A stretch of 63,149 nt of DNA, the filler included, from Octopus bimaculoides (taxonomy: Eukaryota), in the NCBI RefSeq assembly GCF_001194135.2. It is 5 parts of 5 records of this genome, joined end to end, with 100 filler letters (N's around TTAATTAATTAA, not from the genome) between each part and the next. Parts side by side here need not be neighbours in the genome. Positions count along the whole stretch, not along the records: positions 1 to 26,761 come from NC_068990.1; 4 more parts are not named here. The stretch is one strand, 5' to 3'. Under the pieces are notes generated by a model. It worked only from the letters and a program-made list of their open reading frames with translations. It ran no database searches and had not been told where the DNA came from. Position numbers and translations under genes: made by a program. Of this stretch, positions 1 through 12,050 are shown one piece after another (position 1 is the stretch's first letter; the number at the start of each line of letters is the position of its first letter).

Positions 1-320
1 TCTTCTTCTTCTTCTTCTTCTTCTTCTTCTTCGTATTTGTTAGGTAGATTGATTTCTTGTTTGTATTTGTCAGCTTCCTTAAATACTGAAAACAGTTTTT
101 TGTTTTGCTCGTGTTTTGTGGCTATTTGTATTAGCTTCCTGTGCTTCTGGAGTAGGTATTTTTGCAGTCCTATGGTGGTTATTTTATAATAGTTTTGCAG
201 CTGTATAAGACCCCTGCCACCTTCTGTGCGTTGTATATATATAGCCTTTCTATGTCAGATTTTGGGTGGTGCATCCTATATCTTGTCATTATTTTTCTTG
301 TTTTCCTGTCTATTTTACAT
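1..320 (-). mobile_element. R4/Dong-clade non-LTR retrotransposon fragment (region C-terminal to the RT domain), frameshifted
   Basis: The minus strand reads KIDRKTRKIMTRYRMHHPKSDIERLYI/QRTEGGRGLIQLQNYYKITTIGLQKYL...YEEEEE, with one 2-nt slip in a TA run. The MHHPKxDIERLYIxRxEGGRGL motif is typical of R4/Dong ORFs. Confidence 0.85.
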
Positions 321-891
321 ATCTTTCGGTTAAATTTTACTAATTTCTGTTCTATTTATTTTCAGTCTTTAGTTATCTTATACCATTATATTGTATTCTA
401 TTTATTTGCTTCTAATCCTATATCAAGTTACTTTTAATTTCATTTATATAATGTTCTCAGCACTATATGACTAATCTTTTTACTTGGTTTTCTCTTCTAC
501 TATTCTATTATTTTTATTTCTAATCTTTTAGTCCAACCCATATCGTTAAATTGCATTTAATTTCAATTACAATATTATTCCTTCACACGATGCAACTGAA
601 TCATTTCTATAATTATATTAAATTCTGTTAAATTCTGTTCTATTTATTTTTTGATCTTTCAGTTCAAGCTATATTGTTAAATTACTATTAATTTCTATTC
701 GTCGCAGTATAAAACTAAATTATTTATACTATCCTCCTCCTCCTCCTTTCCCCCCTCCTCCTTTCTCTTCCCTCATACTGAAATACACCAAATAAATATC
801 TCTCTTATAGTTCTCCTCTCACATTCGTATAAAAGCATCGCTTTTATACGAAAGATAAACTGCCTCCCACTAGTCTCTCTTTCTCATTCAT

Positions 892-894
<3 letters not shown>

Positions 895-940
<46 letters not shown>
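895..940. repeat. (TC)n microsatellite
   Basis: Direct inspection. Confidence 0.97.
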
Positions 941-944
<4 letters not shown>

Positions 945-1315
945 AGAAGAAAGTCTGTTTCTCATTTTTCTGTCTCTTCATTGGTAGATGAATTAATATC
1001 TATAAAGCTGTCGGTGTGCTCTCTACTTCTTATTACTGTCGTCTTTCTATTCTTTATCTTTCTCGATTCTGTTCATAAGTAAAATAGATTAAACTGAGAT
1101 CATATCATAGCTGCCCCTGTTCTTTCTGCTTCTTACTCTTTCTCTCCCTCCTCTCCTTCTCCTCTCTCTCCTTTTCTCTCCCCTCCCTCCCGTTCCCTCC
1201 CCACATCCCTTTCTCTCTCTTTCTATCCTTCTGCTTCCCTCTCATCAGTGTGATAGATTAAATTGACACTTATATTCTACCTACTTTTTTCTTTACTCCG
1301 TTGTTGCAAATACAG

Positions 1316-1317
<2 letters not shown>

Positions 1318-1371
<54 letters not shown>
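1318..1371. repeat. (TCTA)n microsatellite
   Basis: Direct inspection. Confidence 0.97.
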
Positions 1372-3629
1372 CTGACAATTCAAATTATTTCCCTTATTAA
1401 ATAAAAATGAACAGATGGAGGCTGACAGAGCCAAGCTTATTAAAAAAAGTTCTTTGTGAATAGTTTTAAAACATGAGACGGAACTGGGATTCGCATTTTT
1501 TTTAAACGTCATAGAATATGACGACACTATCTCCCAACTAAGTTTTATAGTAGAGGCCCTACGGATACCACAGACAAATGACTCAAATAAAGAGGAAAAA
1601 GAATGAATTTACTCATTCTTATGTTCTTGCCATCCTCCGTTGCTTAGCAACCCCTGGAAAGACGAAGGTGAAAGCATGGAAAAATGAAGGAAGTAGTAAT
1701 GGTGGCCCCACAGACTCCGTAGAGGTTCGGTTCTGTTAATTTAGCAATATTAGTAGGAAACATATGCAGACGGCTACCACAATCACTGCAGATCACAACA
1801 TCACCAATGAAGAAAGCATTATAAGTGAAAGAAATAAGCAACGCAAAGTTGTATCAGCCACAAAGGCCGAAAGGTAGATAACCGACTGAGGTGCAAAAAA
1901 GCACACAGATATAGATTAAAAATCAACGAAACTAAACATGACTAAGTCCATTATAGACAGTTGTTTATAATTTCTGCATAAAAGGCTCCTGTTACTACAC
2001 AGAGAAAGGAATTAACGACTTCGATGCTCATCTCAAGCCCTACGAGATTTATGCAAAAAGGAGCGAGCATTTATCAGCCAGCAAACTAGACTGGAACCTC
2101 GGTGCAACAAAAAATTCTTCCGTAATTTCATGCTATGCATAAAGTCAACGATCTACTTTCGAAGGAGATTTAGTTATTCATTGAATGTGCGTGTGTGTGT
2201 GTGTGAAGGAATGTTCGTGTGTAGATGTATACGTGGAAGTATGTGCACGTGTGTATGCTTGTGTATGTGTAAAAGAAAGCATTCGGGGGCATAAACATTT
2301 TTTCATCTTTTCATTTTTATTTTAATAGGTCCCTGTGTACACTTACATAAACGCAAATATGTATTTTACGCACAAACCCTCACAAGGAAAATGACTATTC
2401 CTAACATTCAAAGATTTTCGCGGTATTCCTTCATTGCCATCCGAATATGGAAACTTGCAAGTCGGATTAGTAACCTTTCAAGTTTCACTTCAAAATATAT
2501 TGGATAAAACTCTGCACTATGTATTGGGAATTCTTTCTTCTTTTTGTTTGTGCACATCTCTGTGGCATAATATACATAACCTTATATATATATCAATGTA
2601 TCTCCATATCAATACGACCATCTTTTGTCACTGCTTATCTATCGATAATCTTTCACGTTCTCGTTCACTTTATATCGGTTTCTCTCCTATATTACATCAC
2701 TATCATCCTCATTATCTTCTTTGTGCTTTATTTATTATAAAATTTAATGTTTTTTTTTCGTTCTTCTTTGTTTTAATCTATCCTCAAGTAATTAATAAAC
2801 TTGTTTAATTTTTATTGATTTCACGGCTTGATAGAAGATTCAGCTGGTGCAATCAACATTTGAATTTATTAAATATAGTTTCATCCGTAATGCTTGAGGC
2901 CAGTCGAGAAGTAAATATGTAACAATAACAAGAATATAGCGTTTGAGGATTCTGGATCAAAACTATTTGAAGTATGTTATTCTATTGCTCTGAGAAAAAT
3001 TAAATTTGTCTAAGTGAAAAGGTGGCCATTTCTGCTAGAAAGAAATATCACAAAACAATTTTTCACTGCCATCACTCGTAAATTTACTTATATCCTCTTA
3101 CATTTATTTAACGGTTATTTCTTCACAACTTCAGAAATTAACATGAAAGCCCCTGTTTCATTGAGAAAATCAAACTAAGGCAGAAACATGTGCCGTATTC
3201 TCTCCCGTACTTGTCCACAAAAAAAAAAAAAACTGTTAACACTGATTTGCGTTTTATGTATTAGCTTGTGTTGGGAATTCTTTATATATAATAGCGTAAA
3301 TATAATAGTATAATATTAGTGTTCTTGACTTATGCTTCTCTTTTCAAGGATGCATTTATTAATTCTCATAATTTGAACCTGATATAAATTCTTTAAATAA
3401 AATTTTGCCTTCTCTCCTTATAGTAATTTATCCATGACAACGTACGTACACCAAAGAAGGCTAATTGTCCTCCATAACACATTTATACAAGCGTAGACTT
3501 TATATTTTTTTGTCAATGCAAGGAAATGAACGAAGACGGAGAATCCATTTAGATGCTTTGTTGTATTTCATTAATTGTTTTATTCTTTAAATGGTTTCAG
3601 TCGACGAAATGCGGCCATAATTTTTTTAT

Positions 3630-5172
3630 TTTCACTTATTTATTTATTTGTATTGTTGTCGCTTTAGTTGGTCGATGATCGTTTGTAGTTGCTGATCTCC
3701 CTTGAGTGTATCCTTGAATGGTTGGTTGGTCCGGTATCGTCGCTAAGAGTTCATCCAATGCTTTTTAAAAGTTTCAGTGGAAGTCTCTTTTATATTTCTA
3801 ATTTCTTTGCGTAAGCAGTTGAATACTTTATGACATCTGAATATTAGACTGGTACAGAAGAGTGTTTTTGCTCGTGAGTTTGAAGATGGTATATTTGGAA
3901 GCCGACAGTACCTACCATTTCGAGCATTAAAATACATTTTAATGCCGATGTTTCGAACATGCCCCTCCAGGATCTTCCATACATATATAGTAGTATATCT
4001 CACTCTTCGGCGTTCAAGGGAATAGAGACGCAAAGCTCTCTGGCGTTCCCAGTAATTAAGACCATTAACCGAAGTTATTTTACTGGTGAATGTTTTTTTG
4101 AAACCTTTCGATTTCTTCTATGCTACCGGGTGAATTTGGAGACCAAATCTGTGGGCAGTAATCTAATCTGCTCAGAACTAGTGTTTTCCATAGAGTTAGT
4201 ATAACTACCGGTTCTCTTGTCGTGAAGGTTCATAGGATCCATTCTATGTGATGTCTGCATTTAGAGGTCAGTTTGGTGATGTGACTGATGAAAGATGCAT
4301 TATTTGATATGATTATTCCTAAATCCCGTATGACGTCAGTGCTCTGAATCATTGTATTATCATTGTATTATCTGTCTATTCCCTCCATAATGAGGGGACT
4401 GGAATTTTGATGCATTAAATTTCATATCATTTTTATCCACACATTGATAAATGATATTTATGTCATTTTGGAGTGTGATGGCATCTTCTGGAGTTTGGAT
4501 GGCCATTGATATTTTTGTATCGTCGCCGTAACTCATTAGATTGGCCGATCGCACTTGTAAGTTTATGCCTGATAAGTTTATGGTAAATAATAATATTCTT
4601 AGAACCGTACCCTGAGGTATACCATTTATTACGGGTGACTTTGCTGAGAGGTAACCGTTTTCAGTAACAGTTTGATTCCTATCCTGTAGGACGTCAAAGA
4701 GCCATTCTCCGAGTTTTCCTATGATACCAAGATCCTTTATCCTATGAAAGATAATTCTGTGATCGATCTTGTCAAAAGCTTTAGCAAACTCAAGGTATAT
4801 ATAATCAGTGTCCTTCCATTCAGGAGATTATTGAGGATAGTGTTATGGTATTGTTATAGTCGTGTCAGGCAATCAGGTCCAGTCCGAAGACCATGCTATG
4901 CATTATCTAAGAGGTTGTTTTCCTCAAGATATGCAGTTATTATTTTGTTTCGGACCATACGTTTTAACAATTTTAGATGTATGAGATGTGAAAGAAACAG
5001 GTCTGTAATTTTTAGCTTCTGCCCTGCTACCTCCTTAATGGATAGGTGTTACTGTTGCTTCTTTCAATAGTTCTGGAAATATGCTGGTTTCTAGTGACTT
5101 TTGAAATAGCAACTTTAATGGCTTGGCGACGCTGCTGTTCCATTTACTTATGGCATATTTAATGTCTCTCAT
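3630..5172 (-). mobile_element. CR1/L2-group LINE, 5'-truncated reverse transcriptase pseudo-ORF with 3' end
   Basis: Motifs in order on the minus strand: KPLKLLFQKSLET..KNYRPVSFTS (~5150-4990), FAKAFDKIDH (~4790-4760), GIPQGTVL (~4630-4605), YGDDTKIS (~4530), LYSLERRR..WKILEG..VFNCL (4033-3743). Multiple stops and frameshifts; AAAT-like tail near 3640. Confidence 0.9.
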
Positions 5173-5190
5173 TATTTTATCATCAAGTAA

Positions 5191-5738
5191 GGCGGCGAGC
5201 TGGCAGAGTGGTTAGCACGCCAGGCGAAATGCATAGCGGTATTTCGTCCGCCGTTACATTCTGAGTTCAAATTCCGCCCGGGTCGACTTTGCCTTTCATC
5301 CATTCGGGGTCGATAAGTTAAGTACCAGTTACGCACTGGGTTCGATATTGTTTGTCCTTGTTTGTCCCCTTTGTGTGTAGCCCCTGTTAGCACGCCGGGC
5401 GAAATGTTTAGCGGTATTTCGTCAGTCTTTACATTCTGAGTTCAAATTCCGCCGAGGTCGACTTTGCCTTTCATCCTTTCGGATCGATAAATTAAGTACC
5501 AGTTGCGTACTGGGGTCGACCTAATCGACTGCCCCCTCCCCCAAAATTTCGGACCTGTGCCTAGAGCAGAAAAGAATTGTTAGCACACAAAGCGTCCGTC
5601 TTTGGGTTCTGAGTTCAAATGCCACCGGTGTCGACTTTCCCTTTCATCCTTTCGAGTTCGATAAAATAAGTATCAGTTGAACACTGGGGTCGATCTAACC
5701 GACTTATCACCTCCCCCGAAATAACTGGCTTTGTTCCA
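5191..5738 (+). mobile_element. Head-to-tail trimer of tRNA-derived SINE family A (octopus OK/OR-like)
   Basis: Three consecutive copies of ...ttagcac...ttctgagttcaaattccgccgaggtcgactttgcctttcatcctttcggggtcgata... start near 5191, 5387 and 5579. The 5' GGCGGCGAGCTGGCAGA A-box and GAGTTCAAAT B-box are present. Confidence 0.85.
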
Positions 5739-5739
5739 T

Positions 5740-6400
5740 GCAATCCGATTGCTCATAATGTTTTTAAAGTATCAACAATCTCAACTCCAAACCTATATCC
5801 AAGGGTATTATATCTATGTGATATTGATGTTTGTACTTGTCTTTCTATGATGGTCAGGTTTGCATTTTTAATTAAATAATTTTTTTTTTTTTTGATACTT
5901 CATCGTTGAGTTTTCTGCTGTGGAGATATTTCGTTGCTCCACCGGTTCATCTTTTATAGGTTTTAATTCTTTAATTGTTTCCAGATTGCGATTTTCATCA
6001 TGTTTATGATTTCTACCTTTAAAATTTCTCAGTCAACTGCTTTTTCCATATTTATTTTATTCCTATTTGTTGGGTTTTTTGTGGTTCTCTTGCAGTTTTT
6101 GTTGATCAGTATCCTGTTGTTGTATTAGTATTTGGTTGTGCAATGTTTTGATATTTAATTTACTTGTTCCCAGGCATTCAATCTAACTTCGTGGCTTGCA
6201 TGCACAATGTTTCTTTTCCCTTTTTTACATTTATTTAAAGATTTTTTTACATGTTCATTATATGCGTTTTCGCTACGTATCCTTCTTGTTAAATGTTACA
6301 TTTCAATGTTTGGATATATTTGACTTTCAGAATCTTTCATGCATTTTTTTAAAGTTTGCTTGGCTGTGGTGATCATTCTTGTCATCTTCTTCCACCACCT
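5740..6400 (-). mobile_element. Degenerate A-rich LINE-like coding relic, possibly the N-terminal part of an R4/Dong ORF
   Basis: Strong A bias on the minus strand and broken K/N-rich reading frames. Only vague resemblance to Dong N-termini. Confidence 0.3.
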
Positions 6401-7344
6401 CTTTCTCCTCCTCATCGTCGTCTCCCTCCTCCTCCTCCCCCTCCCCTCCTCCTCACTATTATCTGGTATTAGTTGATAGGAGGAAGAATAGAGAAGCTTC
6501 ACAATCTTGCTCGAACAGTTCAAAATGTTTGGTGAGTATTGAAAGGAGTACACTAACGTGGGCATAACCAATCGCATCCAGATCGGCTGCACAGCCACAG
6601 ACTTGTGGGTTGCTTCATCGGCTAGTTGTGGTGCAGTGATAGGGACACCTTTATGAGTAGCTGGACCCGTTACTTCTAGCATAGAACCAGCACTAGTTTC
6701 GACTACGGTCCTTGGTCAGTCTTTTGTCAAGAAACCTGCAGGTACCTTGTTTACAGCAAAGGCACATGCAGTAAAACACAATAAAATTAAGTCGACTCGA
6801 TCGTTCTCTGTGGCAGAGTTGCACTGTGGAATCAAAGCCTAAATCATATTTTTACGAACAGAGACAGACATGTGCTAGATGTGTGCGATTTGTATGCCTA
6901 ACGAGCTTCATGGAGAGATACCAAATTTGTTCCCTATGCTTTGGCGTACATCCACTGCAAACGGCTGCAGAACCAGAGAATTCCCAATTATGCGAACCGG
7001 AGAGTAGTAGCGACAAAAGTAAATGTAGTTCCTGATTTCTCATTCACAGCTCTGCGTAACACAGAGTTTAATATTTTAATCATTTTGGTAAAAAAATAGA
7101 TTCCGATTTGTTATTGGTTGTCATTAGTAATGTGGTTGGCAAACCTGAGTATGCAAGTGCAGACCTATCTATGACAAACTCCATGTCATAGGACACCATA
7201 TCATCTCGAAGGAAGTTTAGTAACGTGGTACGCTGGACCAATGCCAGTTCAGTCGCTTGGAGTCAAGAATCTGCAGTGTTTGAAGGAGGTTGAAGAGTTG
7301 GGGTAGCCTTTTTCAGCGCCTGTTTTCCACTATGAGCATTCAGT

Positions 7345-7723
7345 CACCACCAAAAATAAAACCCCACTCACCACCAGCTTCCAACCACATACATCAGCAA
7401 TAATATCAGCATCGCAAACGAACAACACAAGCACCACCAACAACATCATCCCACCACATTACTGCAACAAACCATATGATCCCACCATCACCAAGGCTAC
7501 AACCAGCAACCACTACCAGCAAGCTTCTACCGACCACTGCTACCAACAACACCATCATAACCACACAATTACCAGCATCGAACCACTGCCAACGACATTG
7601 CAGTAAGCAGTACCAGCGTGTCCAAGATTGCTATCATCCTCATCACTATGCTTAACACGACAATCCTCGGGATCAACAGGAACATCATCATCCTCATCCT
7701 CACCATCGTCATCTCTATCGCCA

Positions 7724-7758
<35 letters not shown>

Positions 7759-7915
7759 TTCAACGTCCTCGTCTTCCTCGCCGTGTCCCACGTCCTCTTC
7801 CTCATCGTCACCGCCACCGCCACCACCACTTCCACCACCGCCACCGCCGCCATAATCATCATCCTCATCATCGTCGTCGTCAACATCAACATCAACATCA
7901 CTCATTATGTGTGAA
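7345..7915. repeat. Compound trinucleotide low-complexity tract (ACC/ATC/GTC/CTC/AAC)
   Basis: Successive (CAT)n, (CGT)n and (CAC)n runs; these produce the overlapping poly-D/G, poly-S/P and poly-V ORFs. Confidence 0.9.
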
Positions 7916-7964
7916 TCGTAGCACTTGCTGTGTTCTGCTTTCATGATAACTTAAAAGTCTTTTT

Positions 7965-8270
7965 TGACATGTGCGTATGTATGTATGTACGTACGTATAT
8001 ATGTGCGTATGTATGTATGTATGTATGTATGTATGTATGTGTGTATGTATGTATGTATGTATGTATGCATGCATGTGTGCATGTATGTATGCATGTATGT
8101 ATGCATGTATGTATGTGATTATGTTGTGTGTATGTATGCATGAATGTATACATGTTAGTAAATATGTATGTATATATATTTGCATGTGTGTGCGTGTGTG
8201 TGTATATACGTATACACACATACACAACCATTTATATGCATATTGTGCGTGTGTGTGTTTGAATATATGT
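7965..8270. repeat. (TATG)n/(TG)n microsatellite
   Basis: Direct inspection. Confidence 0.95.
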
Positions 8271-8763
8271 GTGTTTTTCGTATTTGCTATATTTCATATT
8301 GAATTCTAAAATATTAATTAAAATCTTTGTTGCTCAGAGCCAGTTTAAACTATTTTGACAACAAAACACAAAAATTAAAATTTTAAATAGAAAATTAGAC
8401 ATTAAAAAAAAAATCAAAAACAATTTAAGAAAAAATGTTGCCGAGCAAAAATGTGAAAACACATTTGTGCGCTCGCGCGAACGAACCTGCACACAGTATG
8501 TGAGTATATAAGCATGTGTATACATATACATGTGTTTCTACAAATACACACATACACACAGGCACACACAATATACAGTGAGCAAAAAATGAAACATATA
8601 GACATATGACAGACAGATCGATAGATAAATGGCAATTGTATATACTAAATTTTTGAGCGTATATGTATAAAATTCAAATGGTTCTGCATCGTATTCGACG
8701 ATGGTTATTTCAATTAGTTGATCAACCACTTATTTCTTGTATTACAGCATAGATGGCTGCATA

Positions 8764-8925
8764 TTCTACTAATACTTATTGCCTTCACACATTCGTCAGG
8801 TAGTCAGTAGGACACAGAATAGGACAAAGTTTGTCCTTTCAATTTTCTACTAATACTTATTGCCTTCACACATTCGTCAGGTAGTCAGTAGGACACAGAA
8901 TAGGACAAAGTTTGTCCTTTCAATT
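8764..8925. repeat. Perfect 81-bp tandem duplication
   Basis: ttctactaatacttattgcc...tttgtcctttcaatt occurs at 8764-8844 and again at 8845-8925. Confidence 0.95.
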
Positions 8926-8994
8926 ATAGGCAGAGTTAAATCTATAGGCTCTCACAGTTCCAGTCTTCCTAATGTCATTCGACGCGAGATTGTG

Positions 8995-9037
8995 GTAAGA
9001 AATCTTGAAATAAAACTGAGTAATGACATACATACGT
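8995..9037 (+). mobile_element. Extreme 3' end of the (TACA)-tailed Dong-like LINE
   Basis: gtaagaaatcttgaaataaaactgagtaatgacatacatac matches ggcaagaaatcttgaaataaactgaataatgacatatac at 47522-47560. Confidence 0.7.
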
Positions 9038-9465
9038 ATCTGCAAGAGTTGTATCGTTGGTGTGATCACGACGTTCAGTGATCTGATGAGCTAGCTTTCT
9101 TTATTTGCAACTATAAGTGGAGTACAAGGAATTTGTATAATGCCGATCATGCATATTGCACGCGTGTAGCATAATTTCTTTCACGCTGAAAATAATACTA
9201 CATGAAGAATTTTGAGAAACAGCCGTATTTCTAAGGATACCAAGTGGTTCGATAAATAAATACTCACCTAGCATACCTTCTGACATTTATGGTTTATATA
9301 TTTCTGCTGAAATAATTCCATCGATCGGATATTCAGGATTTCTGTTGCATGGACACATTACATTAGAGTTTTTTTTGTATTGGATTACTATTTAGAATGA
9401 TAGCCGAGTCTACATAGCTTTCATTGATTGCTACATGATTCTCTGAATTCACATATTATGCTACT

Positions 9466-9620
9466 GGCGTGGCTGTGTGGTAAAAAGTTTGCTTCTCAAC
9501 AACTTTATTCCGGGTTCAGTCCCACTGTGTGACAGCTAGGGCAAGTGTCTTCTACTGTAGCCTCGGGCCGACCAAAGCCATATGAGTGTATTTAGTTGAC
9601 GGAAACTGAAAGAAGCCCGT
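9466..9620 (+). mobile_element. tRNA-derived SINE family B (CORE-like, octopus OR-type), 5' part
   Basis: ggcgtggctgtgtggtaa..ccgggttcagtcccactg..gggcaagtgtcttctactgtagcctcgggccgaccaaagcc; homologous to 56580-56982. Confidence 0.85.
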
Positions 9621-9857
9621 ATAGTTTTATGTTTTTATTTTTCTTTCCCTTCGAAGTTTATCCCTAATAGTGGTTTTGACTTTAGCTGTTCCTTCTAGCG
9701 TGCAAGGGATCCTATAACGGATACCTCTTATGTGTTTAAATGTACAGTGTATTTATATCAATAATATATAGCCTACTGGCTAAATTTTTTTACACGCTAG
9801 GCCACTGGTAGTAGAAATTTCTAATATTTCTTACTACTCTGATATTATATATATATA

Positions 9858-10422
9858 NNNNNNNNNNNNNNNNNNNNNNNNNNNNNNNNNNNNNNNNNNN
9901 NNNNNNNNNNNNNNNNNNNNNNNNNNNNNNNNNNNNNNNNNNNNNNNNNNNNNNNNNNNNNNNNNNNNNNNNNNNNNNNNNNNNNNNNNNNNNNNNNNNN
10001 NNNNNNNNNNNNNNNNNNNNNNNNNNNNNNNNNNNNNNNNNNNNNNNNNNNNNNNNNNNNNNNNNNNNNNNNNNNNNNNNNNNNNNNNNNNNNNNNNNNN
10101 NNNNNNNNNNNNNNNNNNNNNNNNNNNNNNNNNNNNNNNNNNNNNNNNNNNNNNNNNNNNNNNNNNNNNNNNNNNNNNNNNNNNNNNNNNNNNNNNNNNN
10201 NNNNNNNNNNNNNNNNNNNNNNNNNNNNNNNNNNNNNNNNNNNNNNNNNNNNNNNNNNNNNNNNNNNNNNNNNNNNNNNNNNNNNNNNNNNNNNNNNNNN
10301 NNNNNNNNNNNNNNNNNNNNNNNNNNNNNNNNNNNNNNNNNNNNNNNNNNNNNNNNNNNNNNNNNNNNNNNNNNNNNNNNNNNNNNNNNNNNNNNNNNNN
10401 NNNNNNNNNNNNNNNNNNNNNN
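9858..10422. other. Assembly gap flanked by (TA)n
   Basis: Run of N. Confidence 1.
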
Positions 10423-10460
<38 letters not shown>

Positions 10461-10815
10461 GTGCGTATGTGTGTGTGTACGTGCATGTGTGTACGTGCAT
10501 GTGTGCGTGTGTATGTGTGCATGCCTGCGTGTGTGTGTGTGTAATTGTGTATGTGTATGTGTGTGTATGAATGTACACCAATATAAAACAGCGGAAGCCG
10601 CGTTTTATAATCAAGAATAATGCCATCGACCGTTTAATATCATCACCTGGTTATTTTTACAGACAATACATCGCACCAAACTGATCCGAAAAAGCGTCCG
10701 TCAAAGAACATGCGTTTGAATTCCAATGTACATACATATTTACATATTATTGCATTCGTATAATGGAATGCCTGATTAATATTAGAACAGAAATGCAAAC
10801 ACACATGCTTACAGT

Positions 10816-10848
<33 letters not shown>

Positions 10849-11116
10849 GCGCACATGCACACCTACAGTCACACACAGACAAACTCCCATATGAATATGT
10901 ATACGATTATGTACGTATGTGTATTATATGCATAATAATTACAAAACAACCATATGATTTGCGCGTAAAGGGGAAAATAATTCGTGATATTTTAATCGAA
11001 TATAATTCTGTAATCATATAAAGATAATAGAATGAAGATTCTTAACTAGATAGACTTTGATAAGGCTTGCCAGTTTGCTAATGAGTGTTCTTCATTACTC
11101 TAACTGTTGACATTTG

Positions 11117-11158
<42 letters not shown>

Positions 11159-11719
11159 NNNNNNNNNNCACACACACACACACACACACATTTGTACGTG
11201 TGTCTGTATATAGATGATTTTATATACATTTATGTGAGAATATGTATGCTTATGTATGTATGTATGTACATATGAACACACGCACGCACGGGCACACACA
11301 CAGGCGCGCACACACTCATATTGCTTCCGCAATATTATCGATTCCTTATTGAGATTCAAGACCATAAATATATTTTACTCACACGCGCCCACTTATAGTC
11401 ACACATGAACAAATATAATTATAGATATATGTATATGTGTTTATCTGTGTATATATGTGTATGTGTACCGTATTAATCTCACCGACGTTAGAAAACCCGT
11501 ATTAGGCCATAAAAAATATTTTAAAGACAGCATGGAATATCGTTAAACTTAATTTGAATTTTATTTTGTAGACTATCACATCATAACGTCTAATTTCTGT
11601 CAGCCTGTTATAGGATGTTACTCTTTGATTTATATATACTCATATGTGACATAACAAGAACATTTTTTAGTAGAAATATTTACAAGATTCACTCCAGCTG
11701 TAAAATTGTCTACTATAAA

Positions 11720-12050
11720 TGCTTGCTTACTTGCTTCAAGCTCCTGCTTGATGGGGATGAGGTCATCCCGTGTCATTGGTCTCAGCGACGTCTTCATGCG
11801 TAGAGCCGACCAGTACTCTTCATCACTGGTGGTCTCATGCCAACTCCTCTGCGTCCTCCAAGGTGACGTCAAGCCTCTGGAGATCTTCCACAATAGCGTC
11901 CAACAATCTGGTGTGGTGTCTGCCACGAAGCCAAGTCCAGCCTGCAGCAGCCGCGTCGAATGAGAGCAGAGCTCTCGAAGGATGATCATGGAGGACATGT
12001 TCGTACCAGTACATGCGGCCGATAGGTATGAGGTGGAAGACTGCTGGTTG
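11720..12050 (-). mobile_element. RTE-clade LINE 3' end with (AAGC)n-like tail
   Basis: Reads RMYWYEHVLHD..RGRHHTRLLDAIVEDLQRLDVTLEDAEELA*DHQ.., the RTE post-RT RWxGHVLR..GRPxxRWxDxIxEDL pattern. Homologous to 60690-60928. Confidence 0.85.

Noticed and set aside
1644-1841. 65-aa minus-strand ORF in moderately complex sequence
   Set aside because: No recognisable motif, and the upstream acceptor leads to stops in all three frames.
7555-7944. 129-aa acidic poly-D/G/E ORF and overlapping ORFs
   Set aside because: All frames on both strands are open because the tract is made of stop-free trinucleotide repeats; there is no domain or splice context.
8930-8994. Exon-like segment GRVKSIGSHSSSLPNVIRREIV with ag/gtaag borders
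   Set aside because: The donor is part of a Dong LINE 3'-end fragment and the acceptor lies in the 81-bp duplication. Its phase does not join the other candidates. Exonisation cannot be excluded.
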